Source of the DNA: Paramicrosporidium saccamoebae KSL3
Taxonomy: Eukaryota > Fungi > Cryptomycota
DNA length: 32,000 nucleotides
Assembly (NCBI GenBank): GCA_002794465.1
Contig: MTSL01000126.1
Location: 16,155-48,154 of the forward strand
Direction: 5' to 3'
The translations under genes were made by a program, and so were the position numbers. Under the pieces are notes generated by a model that was not told where the DNA came from, did no database searches, and saw only the letters and a program-made list of their open reading frames with translations. How positions within the stretch are numbered: the first letter of the stretch is position 1; every line of letters begins with the position of its first letter. This document shows positions 1 through 8,610 of this stretch, piece by piece.

Positions 1-432
1 AATGACATAATTCACATTTCTGACTCGTGGGTGCCACAAAGGTGTAGGATGACAGGGATGAAGATGGCATGGATGGATTTGACTAGCTGTAGTTTGACGA
101 GAGCTGGCCAAGTCCAACAATAGAGTACTGCAATCTGCCCTGCTGACTCGTGAGGATTAGCAGAACAACAAACTAAAATGACATCACATTTGGGAAACGG
201 GACCGTACCAGGGCAGAACGGCGGTAATTCAGGGCCTGCTATTGGCATCGAGTCAATGCTCTACCCTTGAAGAAGAACAAGGGGTTTCGGTGCACATCCT
301 TACCAGAGTCCTCAGGCCTACAATCTCATACTACTCTGCCAAGTACAGACCATCTTTCATAGGACCGAGTCTTTCGTCTGATCTTTGCCGCACTTTGGGA
401 ATTTGGGGCTTGAAACGGTCGCTTGGCCCACG

Positions 433-2757
433 ATGGATCGCCGGGGTCGTGCGTGGCTCATGCTTATTACAGTCCCGGCTATTATCGCACTTTTCACGCT
501 GAGTCAATGTTCTCTCAGCGGTTATGAGAGAGACGCCAACGGACCGTCATTGCTCTCTACAACAAAGGAGAATGGTGCAATGTGGACCGAAAAATTTCAC
601 GTTTTAAGCGGAACGCTCATGGACTCTTCTGGACAATTGCTCCCAAATGTGCTCAAACAGGTAGAAGGGGGCCTCTTGGAGGCCGTTGAGTCTGGATATG
701 AGCTCGATGAGGCGGCTATGATACTTTTAAATTCCCCTGTCTACACGAGTAATATTGACCCGGAGGAACTCGTGGAAGTTGCTATCAAGAACGGCAATTA
801 CGTTTTTCTGCGTAGTCTCCTTTGCTTCCCCATCTGGAAGACGGAGGAGCTGAGACACTGGTTTGCTGCACTATCTTACGACAGTGATTGGTATGTCGAA
901 GAAGAATGGTACAAGCGCTGTGACGATTACGATTGGATCACTTACTTTGATATGGCTCTCAAGGCCGACAATGTGGCGTTCTACCATAGCATCAGACACG
1001 ATAGTCTTCTCTGGTCTGCCATCTCCAAAAAATACGAAAACCTCCTTAGTTTGATGGTTAAGAAAGATGCGTTGAATATTTTACTATCCGACGGGCTGAC
1101 CGATTTTGAGTACATTGCTCAACAGGCTGACTGTTTGGTGAAGAACGGGGCCTGGAAGATCATTGCCTTTCTCCAGAGCGGCGATTCCGCGTTGGATCTC
1201 AAGCAGGTAAGTGTCAAAGCCGCCATCACGACCGCTAAAGGACTCGAGTTTCTGTACTCTCATCGCTATCCAAAGGAGCCATCCAAGCTGACGCTGCAGA
1301 AGCTTTTGACTGATGGGAAATTTGATATTTTGAACATATTTTTAAGGTATTCGCGCGATAGAATGACAGAAGCGAATCTCAATCTCATCTTCATGGCAGG
1401 CTCGGAGGCTACTCTTCCGATGCTAGAGTGGGCATTTGCCCAAGGCCTCAGAGATTCCGAGTTGAGCGTTTATATACACCACGCCGCAGTAAATAACTGC
1501 ATCTCAGTATTGGAATATTTGGCAACGCATGGTTACTACACCTTTTCTGATTATTTGTTGTTGGAAATAGCTTCAAATGGATGCGTCGATGTAGTCCAGT
1601 GGGCTTTCGACAAGGGAGAGAGATTGGACTATCAGAAACTACTGGATGCGGCCGTAGCTTCAGGTCAGACGCGCTTTATCAAGTGGATCCATAAAAAACA
1701 GCCTGACTTGAAGCCCAGTGTCAATGCCTTTGATAGTTTGTGTGGCTTGGCAACTGGTCTAGAACTCTTGCAAGAATTTCACTTTTCCCGTAGTTTACAA
1801 CTGACCGAGTGGGGATTACAGATGGCCGTCCGCAATGGCCATTTTAAGACTGTCGAATGGATCATGAACTTTGACGAGAGTCTCTTTGATGCTAAGTGCA
1901 TCAATTTAGCAATTGAAGAAGGCTGTACTGAAATACTAAAGTTGTTCTACGGGTACGGTATCCGTGTATACCCAAGTATTGCCAGTGTAAAGAGTGCTGC
2001 TAGCGGAGGACATTTGGCCGTAATCGAACTTGTTGCGCCGCTACTAGAGGACATAGCGTATCAGGAAATACTCTATGCCGCCATTATTGCTGGACATTTA
2101 CACATTGTACAATGGGTATGCACGGAATTGGAGTTATCTCCCGTAGCCGGTGACCACATGGCTGCAGCCGAGATGGGTCATTTCGAGACATTCAAATGGC
2201 TGATGGAGAATTATCCAGCCAAAGAGTCCAATCTAGGTGCAATTGACAATATTCTAACAAATGGATACATGGACAGTCTAGATATTATCATCGACGGGGG
2301 TTTTGAAGTTTCCGTAAGCGAAGGTATTGCCGATCGCATTGCCAAGAATGGACACCACTTGGCGCTCCGGTGGCTCAAGGCCGCTACCAAGGAGATCCCA
2401 ACTCAAAAAGGGCTTGATGATGCCATTGAAAATGGACACGTAGGAGTAGCCGATTGGATTGTCGCTCAGAAAGGCCAGTTCGAGGTCAAGTTGAAAAGTG
2501 TCAATATAGCGGCAACCAAAGGCCATCAGGATATGCTGAAATGGGCACAGTTGAAGGGAGTGATTCCAAGTAAGGATTCCATTTTTGTTGCCTCTCTGGA
2601 AGGACATTACGAGACCCAGGATTGGTTTTATGCCCTGCCACCGATTCAGAATCAAGGAGATGGCTCTCAGAATATTGCCCAGCCGCCAGTCCAGCACAAT
2701 ATCCAGAACGACGATCCCAAAGACCTGCAGGACCCAGAGTGCTGCACGTTGTTTTAG
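433..2757 (+). CDS. Ankyrin-repeat protein with N-terminal signal peptide/anchor and C-terminal CaaX box (putative secreted effector)
   Basis: Long ORF (track 385..2757); first ATG at 433 gives MDRRGRAWLMLITVPAIIALFTLSQC (basic + hydrophobic leader). About 13 short ankyrin-like units, e.g. MAVRNGHFKTVEWI, SAASGGHLAVIELV, AAIIAGHLHIVQWV, AAAEMGHFETFKWL, DAIENGHVGVADWI, IAATKGHQDMLKWA. Ends in a Q/N/D-rich linker and PECCTLF*. Confidence 0.75.
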   Translation: MDRRGRAWLMLITVPAIIALFTLSQCSLSGYERDANGPSLLSTTKENGAMWTEKFHVLSGTLMDSSGQLLPNVLKQVEGGLLEAVESGYELDEAAMILLNSPVYTSNIDPEELVEVAIKNGNYVFLRSLLCFPIWKTEELRHWFAALSYDSDWYVEEEWYKRCDDYDWITYFDMALKADNVAFYHSIRHDSLLWSAISKKYENLLSLMVKKDALNILLSDGLTDFEYIAQQADCLVKNGAWKIIAFLQSGDSALDLKQVSVKAAITTAKGLEFLYSHRYPKEPSKLTLQKLLTDGKFDILNIFLRYSRDRMTEANLNLIFMAGSEATLPMLEWAFAQGLRDSELSVYIHHAAVNNCISVLEYLATHGYYTFSDYLLLEIASNGCVDVVQWAFDKGERLDYQKLLDAAVASGQTRFIKWIHKKQPDLKPSVNAFDSLCGLATGLELLQEFHFSRSLQLTEWGLQMAVRNGHFKTVEWIMNFDESLFDAKCINLAIEEGCTEILKLFYGYGIRVYPSIASVKSAASGGHLAVIELVAPLLEDIAYQEILYAAIIAGHLHIVQWVCTELELSPVAGDHMAAAEMGHFETFKWLMENYPAKESNLGAIDNILTNGYMDSLDIIIDGGFEVSVSEGIADRIAKNGHHLALRWLKAATKEIPTQKGLDDAIENGHVGVADWIVAQKGQFEVKLKSVNIAATKGHQDMLKWAQLKGVIPSKDSIFVASLEGHYETQDWFYALPPIQNQGDGSQNIAQPPVQHNIQNDDPKDLQDPECCTLF

Positions 2758-2858
2758 TGCATATGAAGTGGGGTTTAGCGGGTTAAATGCTCTAATAAGA
2801 GATCATTACTCGAAACCCTAGATAGCTCAATAAGGTTTGTGTAGTAAGATCACAGCTA

Positions 2859-2879
2859 GTGTCGCGTAGTGGGGATAAT
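2859..2879 (+). repeat. 21-bp core of a dispersed intergenic element (inverted copy at 25169-25189)
   Basis: GTGTCGCGTAGTGGGGATAAT is the exact reverse complement of ATTATCCCCACTACGCGACAC at 25169-25189. Confidence 0.85.
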
Positions 2880-3170
2880 ACTACGGACTTTGTCACTACT
2901 ATTTATTTGGGAGGCAAGGGAACTCTTTTATTATCAAATCGTAAGTCATTTTATAGTCTCCCGAGTTGCATAGTAATAATCCTCAAATGGTAAGATATAG
3001 ATCTCATTATCCTTCGTCGATTATTCTGATTATCCCTTCTCCAAACTAGAGAACTATTTCCAAAAGACATACTAATCAGTCTTCTACGTCACACTAGGAT
3101 CCACATCAATAACATGGTGCACAAGCTAAATATACTCAGTGGCGATTCATGTGCAAAATCTGATCTAATT

Positions 3171-4562
3171 TTACTCATTCAGGATTACAAGACTGGTCTC
3201 GGTGGGACTGGTAATTTCATGATAGACCAGCCAGCCCTCCCACTCGCTGATAAAATGGTTCAAGGTAGCCTTCTCCTCCACCAGGAACAGCCGGGCCAAG
3301 AAGAGACAGGAAAAGGCAGTGACTAGGACCGCAGGCTGCACACCAAACAGTGTCAGTGTCAACAAGGGCGTCAGCTGATCGCCGGGAATAGTGATGGCGG
3401 TAGTGATGGTCAGTGCGACAAAGATGAGAAGCATTAGAACGACAACTGACATGTAGAAACGCTGCCAGCGAATCACATGGAGACGCTTGGTGGCAAAGAT
3501 CTGGAGAGCCTTGTGGACCATTTCCTTTTGCTCCTTGAGGGTGAGGGGATTGGGATCGGCTGAGTATCCAGAGGTGGCAAGTTCGGCAGGATTTATGGAA
3601 AACTCGGCCTTCATAAAGAGATGATCAGAGAGCGACATTTTCGGTTCATATAGCACATCCTCGGTGAGCAGATCAAGCGATTTGCAGACCACACCGGGAC
3701 GGGGTGCGTAGAGGAAATAGTCTATCCGCTGGGACGGATGTTTCTTGATGTAATGGGTGCTGGTAGGCAGGTTATAGGTATGGCCGGTGGATTGCTCAAC
3801 AGCCAAAGCAGCAGTGGGACTGTCTGCCATGCACGCATCAACGCCACGCTGTCCATACAGCTCTGCCCAGGCGTCCTTCAGAGGTGGTTCCAATTTGTTA
3901 CCACAACCACCTGCTACCATCATACGGTAGGGAAAGTCCTCTGGAGTGGTGTTCAGATCGCCAGTCACAATGGCCACGTGTGTTGGACGACTGGTGTGTT
4001 CCACAAACTGCGCCAACTCTTGCAATTGCGCCAGTCGGTGCGCCGTATATCCCAGCTTTTCGGGATTGTATTCGGCGTGCAGATGGGTGGTGTACAGGTC
4101 CAGGGTGACCCCGTTGATCAATACGCGTACTCCACCCACACCCTTTCCGCTAAAATAGTCGCCGTGCCATATACGGTCGATTGAGCCGTTCAGACTGTAC
4201 CGCTTGAAGAAACGCTGTGCAATCGGATGACGTGAAAGGATGCACAGACCGGAGCCAATAACACCGCAGGGAAAGTACACAGTGTGTGGGTAACGGTCCT
4301 TGATGGCCTCCTTCAACCGCATAAAGTCGCTACTCATCCACACCTCCTGCAAGGTGACAAAATCAAACTCGTTGTTCTCCTCCAGCAAGTACCGCTGGAT
4401 TTGTGCAAAACGCGGCTTACGTTTTGGCGAGTACAACAGTCCCCAGCAGTTGAGTGAGGCTATGCGGAAGGTCACATTATCTTCAGTCGTCTGTTTGGGA
4501 GGCATCACCGTCCAGTCGTCCAAACCAGCTCTAACCCCTGTCAGCCAATCACAATAGACCAT
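3171..4562 (-). CDS. ISC1: Neutral sphingomyelinase / inositol phosphosphingolipid phospholipase C (Isc1/SMPD2 family, EEP fold)
   Basis: Motifs SLNCWGL, TLQEVW, SGLCILSRHPI, P-loop-like GDYFSGKGVG, THLHAEY, TGDLN, RIDY, SDH; two C-terminal hydrophobic helices. Start may be ATG 4562 or 4505. Confidence 0.9.
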   Translation of the reverse strand: MVYCDWLTGVRAGLDDWTVMPPKQTTEDNVTFRIASLNCWGLLYSPKRKPRFAQIQRYLLEENNEFDFVTLQEVWMSSDFMRLKEAIKDRYPHTVYFPCGVIGSGLCILSRHPIAQRFFKRYSLNGSIDRIWHGDYFSGKGVGGVRVLINGVTLDLYTTHLHAEYNPEKLGYTAHRLAQLQELAQFVEHTSRPTHVAIVTGDLNTTPEDFPYRMMVAGGCGNKLEPPLKDAWAELYGQRGVDACMADSPTAALAVEQSTGHTYNLPTSTHYIKKHPSQRIDYFLYAPRPGVVCKSLDLLTEDVLYEPKMSLSDHLFMKAEFSINPAELATSGYSADPNPLTLKEQKEMVHKALQIFATKRLHVIRWQRFYMSVVVLMLLIFVALTITTAITIPGDQLTPLLTLTLFGVQPAVLVTAFSCLFLARLFLVEEKATLNHFISEWEGWLVYHEITSPTETSLVILNE

Positions 4563-4681
4563 TTAAGAGTAAGAAGACATAGTCTAACTTTGAGCAAAAC
4601 CAGCAAATGTTGCTAACTGGCAGCAGAACTCTTGTAGTTATGCGAGTACAAATTGGGAGATAGACCAGGACAAAAGCAATC

Positions 4682-4750
4682 AACAAAAATAGTTGATAAA
4701 AGTAGTGAACGAAAGTAGTGAACAAAAATAGTTGACGAACGTAGGTTATC
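4682..4750. repeat. Degenerate 12-15 bp tandem repeat (AAAAATAGTTGA / AAAGTAGTGA units)
   Basis: About five imperfect units read directly from the intergenic sequence upstream of the sphingomyelinase. Confidence 0.6.
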
Positions 4751-4888
4751 TTGGCCGTTTGGAACGTCGAACACAATCAGTACGTTCCTAGCTGGCTGCC
4801 CAGTGATACTGGTATCCTTATCTATTAATTGATGTGTATTGCTTGCAATTCTATTATCCCGCTAAGTAACTGGTTTATATATTATTAG

Positions 4889-4973
4889 TGACTCGACTAT
4901 CTCGCCGATTAATTGTGATTCGATTCTCCCGCTGATTAATTGTGGCCTGATTACTCGTCCCCGCTGGTTATTG
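4889..4973. repeat. Three decayed ~27-bp units, one containing the IleRS stop codon
   Basis: 4889-4915 tgactcgactatctcgccgattaattg; 4916-4942 tgattcgattctcccgctgattaattg; 4948-4973 tgattactcgtccccgctggttattg (contains stop 4968-4970). Confidence 0.7.
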
Positions 4974-7900
4974 CCGCAGGACCAGAGTTACTGTTCCATT
5001 TCCGAGATCGGAATCGTCTTGGGCCACAATGCCGTCACTTGGCACATTGCCCAAGGTAAGACCAGTCTTCAGAGCCTTGCACAGGTAGGCCATCTGTCCT
5101 TCCAGGGCGGTGGCCAGGTCGGGATCATTGCTAACTTGGCAATGAATCTGCACCTCATCAGTGGCCTTTAGTCCAGCCTTTTTGCGGAGTCGCTGTACGC
5201 GATTGACTAGTTCGCGAGCAAGACCTTCGTCCCGCAATGTTTGGTCAATGGTAATGTCCAGAAGAACAATAAATTCGCGCTCACATTGGACTGCACGTGT
5301 CGAGTCTGCAGGAAGCTCTACTACACGGACAACCTCCACCTCTTCAAGCGTCAATTCGTGTCCAGCCACTGTCAACTTTCCAGTATCCATGAGGGTACGC
5401 AGATCGCTCTGAGGCACAGTGGCAAGGGCCTTTTGCACCGTAGAAAGATCCTTCTTAAGACGCTGTCCAAGGAGCTTAAAGTTGGGTGTTGCGCGATATT
5501 GTACTCCCCAGGCAGCTTCATCCTCCACCAGCACCAAGGCACGCACATTCAACTCCTCTTCCACATACAGACGCAGTGATTCCAAATCGGCCCGGAAAAT
5601 AGGATCAGTGCTGAGCACTGTAATCTCCCGGAGTGGGGTCTTTAGGGGAATATTCCTTGCCTCGCGCATGGTGCGGACACGCTCAACAACGTCTTGAAGA
5701 CGAGAAAAGGCGCGCTCAATATCTTCGTTAAAGTATTCGTCGCGTACAATGGGATACGACATGAAATGAACACTACGATCATCCACAATCTCTTTTGGCT
5801 GGGTGACATTGTTACGGAGACGTTGGAAGAGATTCTCTGAAAAGAAGGGTGCAAATGGCGCCATGATGATGGAAAAGCTGTACACCACATCAAATAGGAC
5901 ATGGAGGGAAGTATTCAATTCCTCTGCCCCGGCCTCGCCTCTTAATCTGCGACGATTGAAACGAATATACCAGTTGGTAAGCGATTCAATGAATTTCAAA
6001 AGCGGTGGGACCACGGCATACAGTCGGTATGCCGCCATCTCAGCACGAACCGTCTTGATAAGGGTTTGCAACGAGGCCAAGATCCAAGCGTCCATAGTGT
6101 TCTCCCGGTTGTGGATGACGTTCGGATCAAAATTGAAAGGAGCACCCGTCTCGACTTGGAAGACTTCCATCTGGGTGGCCAAGAATCGGTACGAATTGTA
6201 CCAAGGCAGCATCACGTCTCTGATGATATTTCGGACACCTTCTTCGCGAAAGCGTAATGTTTCTGCGCGCACAACGGGGGAATTGATCATATAGAGACGA
6301 AGTGCGTCTGCTCCGTAACCGTCAAATACACTACTTGGTTCGGGATAATTTTTCAAGCGTTTGCTCATCTTCTTACCATCGGCAGCCAACACCAGTCCGT
6401 TGACAATCAAGTTTTTGAACGGAACCCTGTCAAACAGATGAACTCCAATGACCGTCAGAGTGTAGAACCAACCGCGTGTTTGGTCCAGCCCCTCCGCAAT
6501 GAAATCGGCCGGGAAGGATGATTCAAACTTTTCCTTGCTTTCAAATGGATAATGGTTCTGTGCATACGGAACACTGCCACTCTCAAACCAACAATCCAAC
6601 ACTTCCTCCACCCTCTTAAGTACCCCCTTACCTAATTTGGAGGGAATGGTAATGTGATCAACACTCTCTCGGTGCAGATCCGTGATTCCACTCACTCCCG
6701 AAAGCTCTTCAAGTTGCGCCACGGAGCCAATACACACAATCTCTTCAAAATCTTCACTGGCCCAAATGGGAATGGGTGTACCCCAATAACGATTACGGGA
6801 AATGGCCCAGTCGCGTGCCCCTGAGAGCCAATTATGGAAACGCTTCTCTTGCACAAACTCGGGAACCCAGAGCGTCTCTGCACTGGCGGCGAGTAGTCTA
6901 GGGATAATGTCACCAACGCGAACAAACCAGCAAGGAATGGCACGATAGATCAAAGGAGTGTCAGAACGCCAGCAGAAGGGATAGCTGTGGGTAATCTGAC
7001 CTCGATGGAAGATGCGGCCATTGCCGTCAAGTTCTTTAATGATGCCTGGATTAGCCTCTTGCCAAAGTGTCCCTTCATAGCGGGTGATGGGAGCAGTGAA
7101 GCGGCCACTGTCGTCAATGGGACAAGGAACGTCAGTCTCCTTGGTGATGCCATAACGCAAGCAAATGTTAAAATCGTCCTCACCAAATGCCGGTGCCATG
7201 TGTACCAAACCAGTACCGGCATCATTAGTGACAAATGTATCATTGACCACGGAAAAGGTCTTTGGATACTCCGTTTGGCGGCTCTCAAAGAACTCTAGAA
7301 TAGGAACGTATTTGAGACCTTCAAGCTCCTTTCCTGTAACAGTCTTGATAACCTTGTAGCCCTCATGTCCGCCCGACTTCATAACACCCTCGATAAGCGT
7401 CTCGGCAACAATGTAGGTCTTTCCGTCCTTTGGACTTTGGGCATAGCAATACTTCATCTCGGGATGAGCGCAGACGGCCAAATTGGAGGGCAAGGTCCAC
7501 GGGGTGGTTGTCCAGATGAGCAATACAGTGTCCTGGTCATCGACCAAGGGAAGCTTCACCGTTACAGCAGGATCCTGAACATCCCGATAATTAAGGGCCA
7601 CTTCGAAATTGGACAGAGGAGTGCCACAGGCAGTACTGTAGGGCATTACCTTAAATCCGCGGTAAATTTGTCCCTTTGCAAAAAGCTGCTGGAACACCCA
7701 CCAGACGCTCTCCATAAACGAAGGATACATTGTCTTGAAGTCTCCTTGGAAATCAACCCATCGGGCACTGCGACGCACCGTCTTTTCCCATTCTTCGCTG
7801 TACCTCATCACAATAGATCGACATTCTGCATTGTAGGCAGCGATCCCCATTTTCTGAACATCAGCACGGCCTGTGATACCGAGCTTTTTGTCAATTTCGT

Positions 7901-8204
7901 ATTCTATGGGGAGACCATGGCAGTCCCAGCCGAAGCGACGCTCAACGTGAAAGCCATTGAGAGTGGCGTAGCGGGTTACAATATCCTTGATGGCACCGGT
8001 CAATAAATGTCCGTAATGCGGGAGACCAGTAGCAAAGGGAGGTCCATCCAAAAAGGTGTATAATGGACGGCCTTCGGAAAGCTTCAAGCTGGTCTTGAAT
8101 GCATCAATTTCGTCCCAGTATTTCAATATCTTTAGTTCCTCGTTTGGAAAGTCAAACCGGTCGAGATTACTGGCGTCACTGGCCACAGCATTATCAGTAC
8201 TCAT
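4968..8204 (-). CDS. ILS1: Cytoplasmic isoleucyl-tRNA synthetase
   Basis: 1078 aa; DGPPFATGLPHYGH (HIGH), GWDCHGLPIE, editing domain WTTTPWTLP and GTGLVHMAPAFG, WAISRNRYWGTPIP, KMSKR, eukaryote-type C-terminal DEGLARELVNRVQRLRK. Confidence 0.98.
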   Translation of the reverse strand: MSTDNAVASDASNLDRFDFPNEELKILKYWDEIDAFKTSLKLSEGRPLYTFLDGPPFATGLPHYGHLLTGAIKDIVTRYATLNGFHVERRFGWDCHGLPIEYEIDKKLGITGRADVQKMGIAAYNAECRSIVMRYSEEWEKTVRRSARWVDFQGDFKTMYPSFMESVWWVFQQLFAKGQIYRGFKVMPYSTACGTPLSNFEVALNYRDVQDPAVTVKLPLVDDQDTVLLIWTTTPWTLPSNLAVCAHPEMKYCYAQSPKDGKTYIVAETLIEGVMKSGGHEGYKVIKTVTGKELEGLKYVPILEFFESRQTEYPKTFSVVNDTFVTNDAGTGLVHMAPAFGEDDFNICLRYGITKETDVPCPIDDSGRFTAPITRYEGTLWQEANPGIIKELDGNGRIFHRGQITHSYPFCWRSDTPLIYRAIPCWFVRVGDIIPRLLAASAETLWVPEFVQEKRFHNWLSGARDWAISRNRYWGTPIPIWASEDFEEIVCIGSVAQLEELSGVSGITDLHRESVDHITIPSKLGKGVLKRVEEVLDCWFESGSVPYAQNHYPFESKEKFESSFPADFIAEGLDQTRGWFYTLTVIGVHLFDRVPFKNLIVNGLVLAADGKKMSKRLKNYPEPSSVFDGYGADALRLYMINSPVVRAETLRFREEGVRNIIRDVMLPWYNSYRFLATQMEVFQVETGAPFNFDPNVIHNRENTMDAWILASLQTLIKTVRAEMAAYRLYAVVPPLLKFIESLTNWYIRFNRRRLRGEAGAEELNTSLHVLFDVVYSFSIIMAPFAPFFSENLFQRLRNNVTQPKEIVDDRSVHFMSYPIVRDEYFNEDIERAFSRLQDVVERVRTMREARNIPLKTPLREITVLSTDPIFRADLESLRLYVEEELNVRALVLVEDEAAWGVQYRATPNFKLLGQRLKKDLSTVQKALATVPQSDLRTLMDTGKLTVAGHELTLEEVEVVRVVELPADSTRAVQCEREFIVLLDITIDQTLRDEGLARELVNRVQRLRKKAGLKATDEVQIHCQVSNDPDLATALEGQMAYLCKALKTGLTLGNVPSDGIVAQDDSDLGNGTVTLVLRQ

Positions 8205-8256
8205 TACGACAGTGCCAATCGAGATCCCCGGTCGCTAATTATAGGATGCTCCGGGG

Positions 8257-8265
8257 ATGACTCAT
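8257..8265. promoter_or_regulatory. Perfect Gcn4/CpcA (AP-1-type) site ATGACTCAT upstream of IleRS
   Basis: ATGACTCAT lies 53-61 nt upstream of the IleRS ATG (8204); matches the optimal Gcn4 consensus. Function untested. Confidence 0.4.
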
Positions 8266-8610
8266 TTCCCAGGATAGCTGTAGGGACGAGGAGACGACAA
8301 GACAAGGGAATTTATTTATTATTTTTAGCTTATAGTAAAGACCCTTTATTGGTATCCCCGATCCGCAGTTATACTATTTCACAATTATTAACTCATTGAC
8401 CTATTTATCAGTATATTCATCGGCCTATTTAAGCGGCAGCCTCTTCACAATTGATCTATCATAAATAGAAAACCTGCAGACTAATTCACCACCTCACAGA
8501 AACTCGCAGGAGCATCACGGGACAATGCTTTCTAGCATGAAATACTTTTTACTCGTTAACGCTATTTACGCAGGAACTGCCTTGCAAGTGAGAGACTCAC
8601 GATATCTCGA

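Noticed and set aside
1-430. Short ORFs 12..248 (-) and 242..502 (+) and several GT..AG candidates
   Set aside because: No splice combination I tried gave a recognisable protein; may be the end of a gene outside the window or non-coding.
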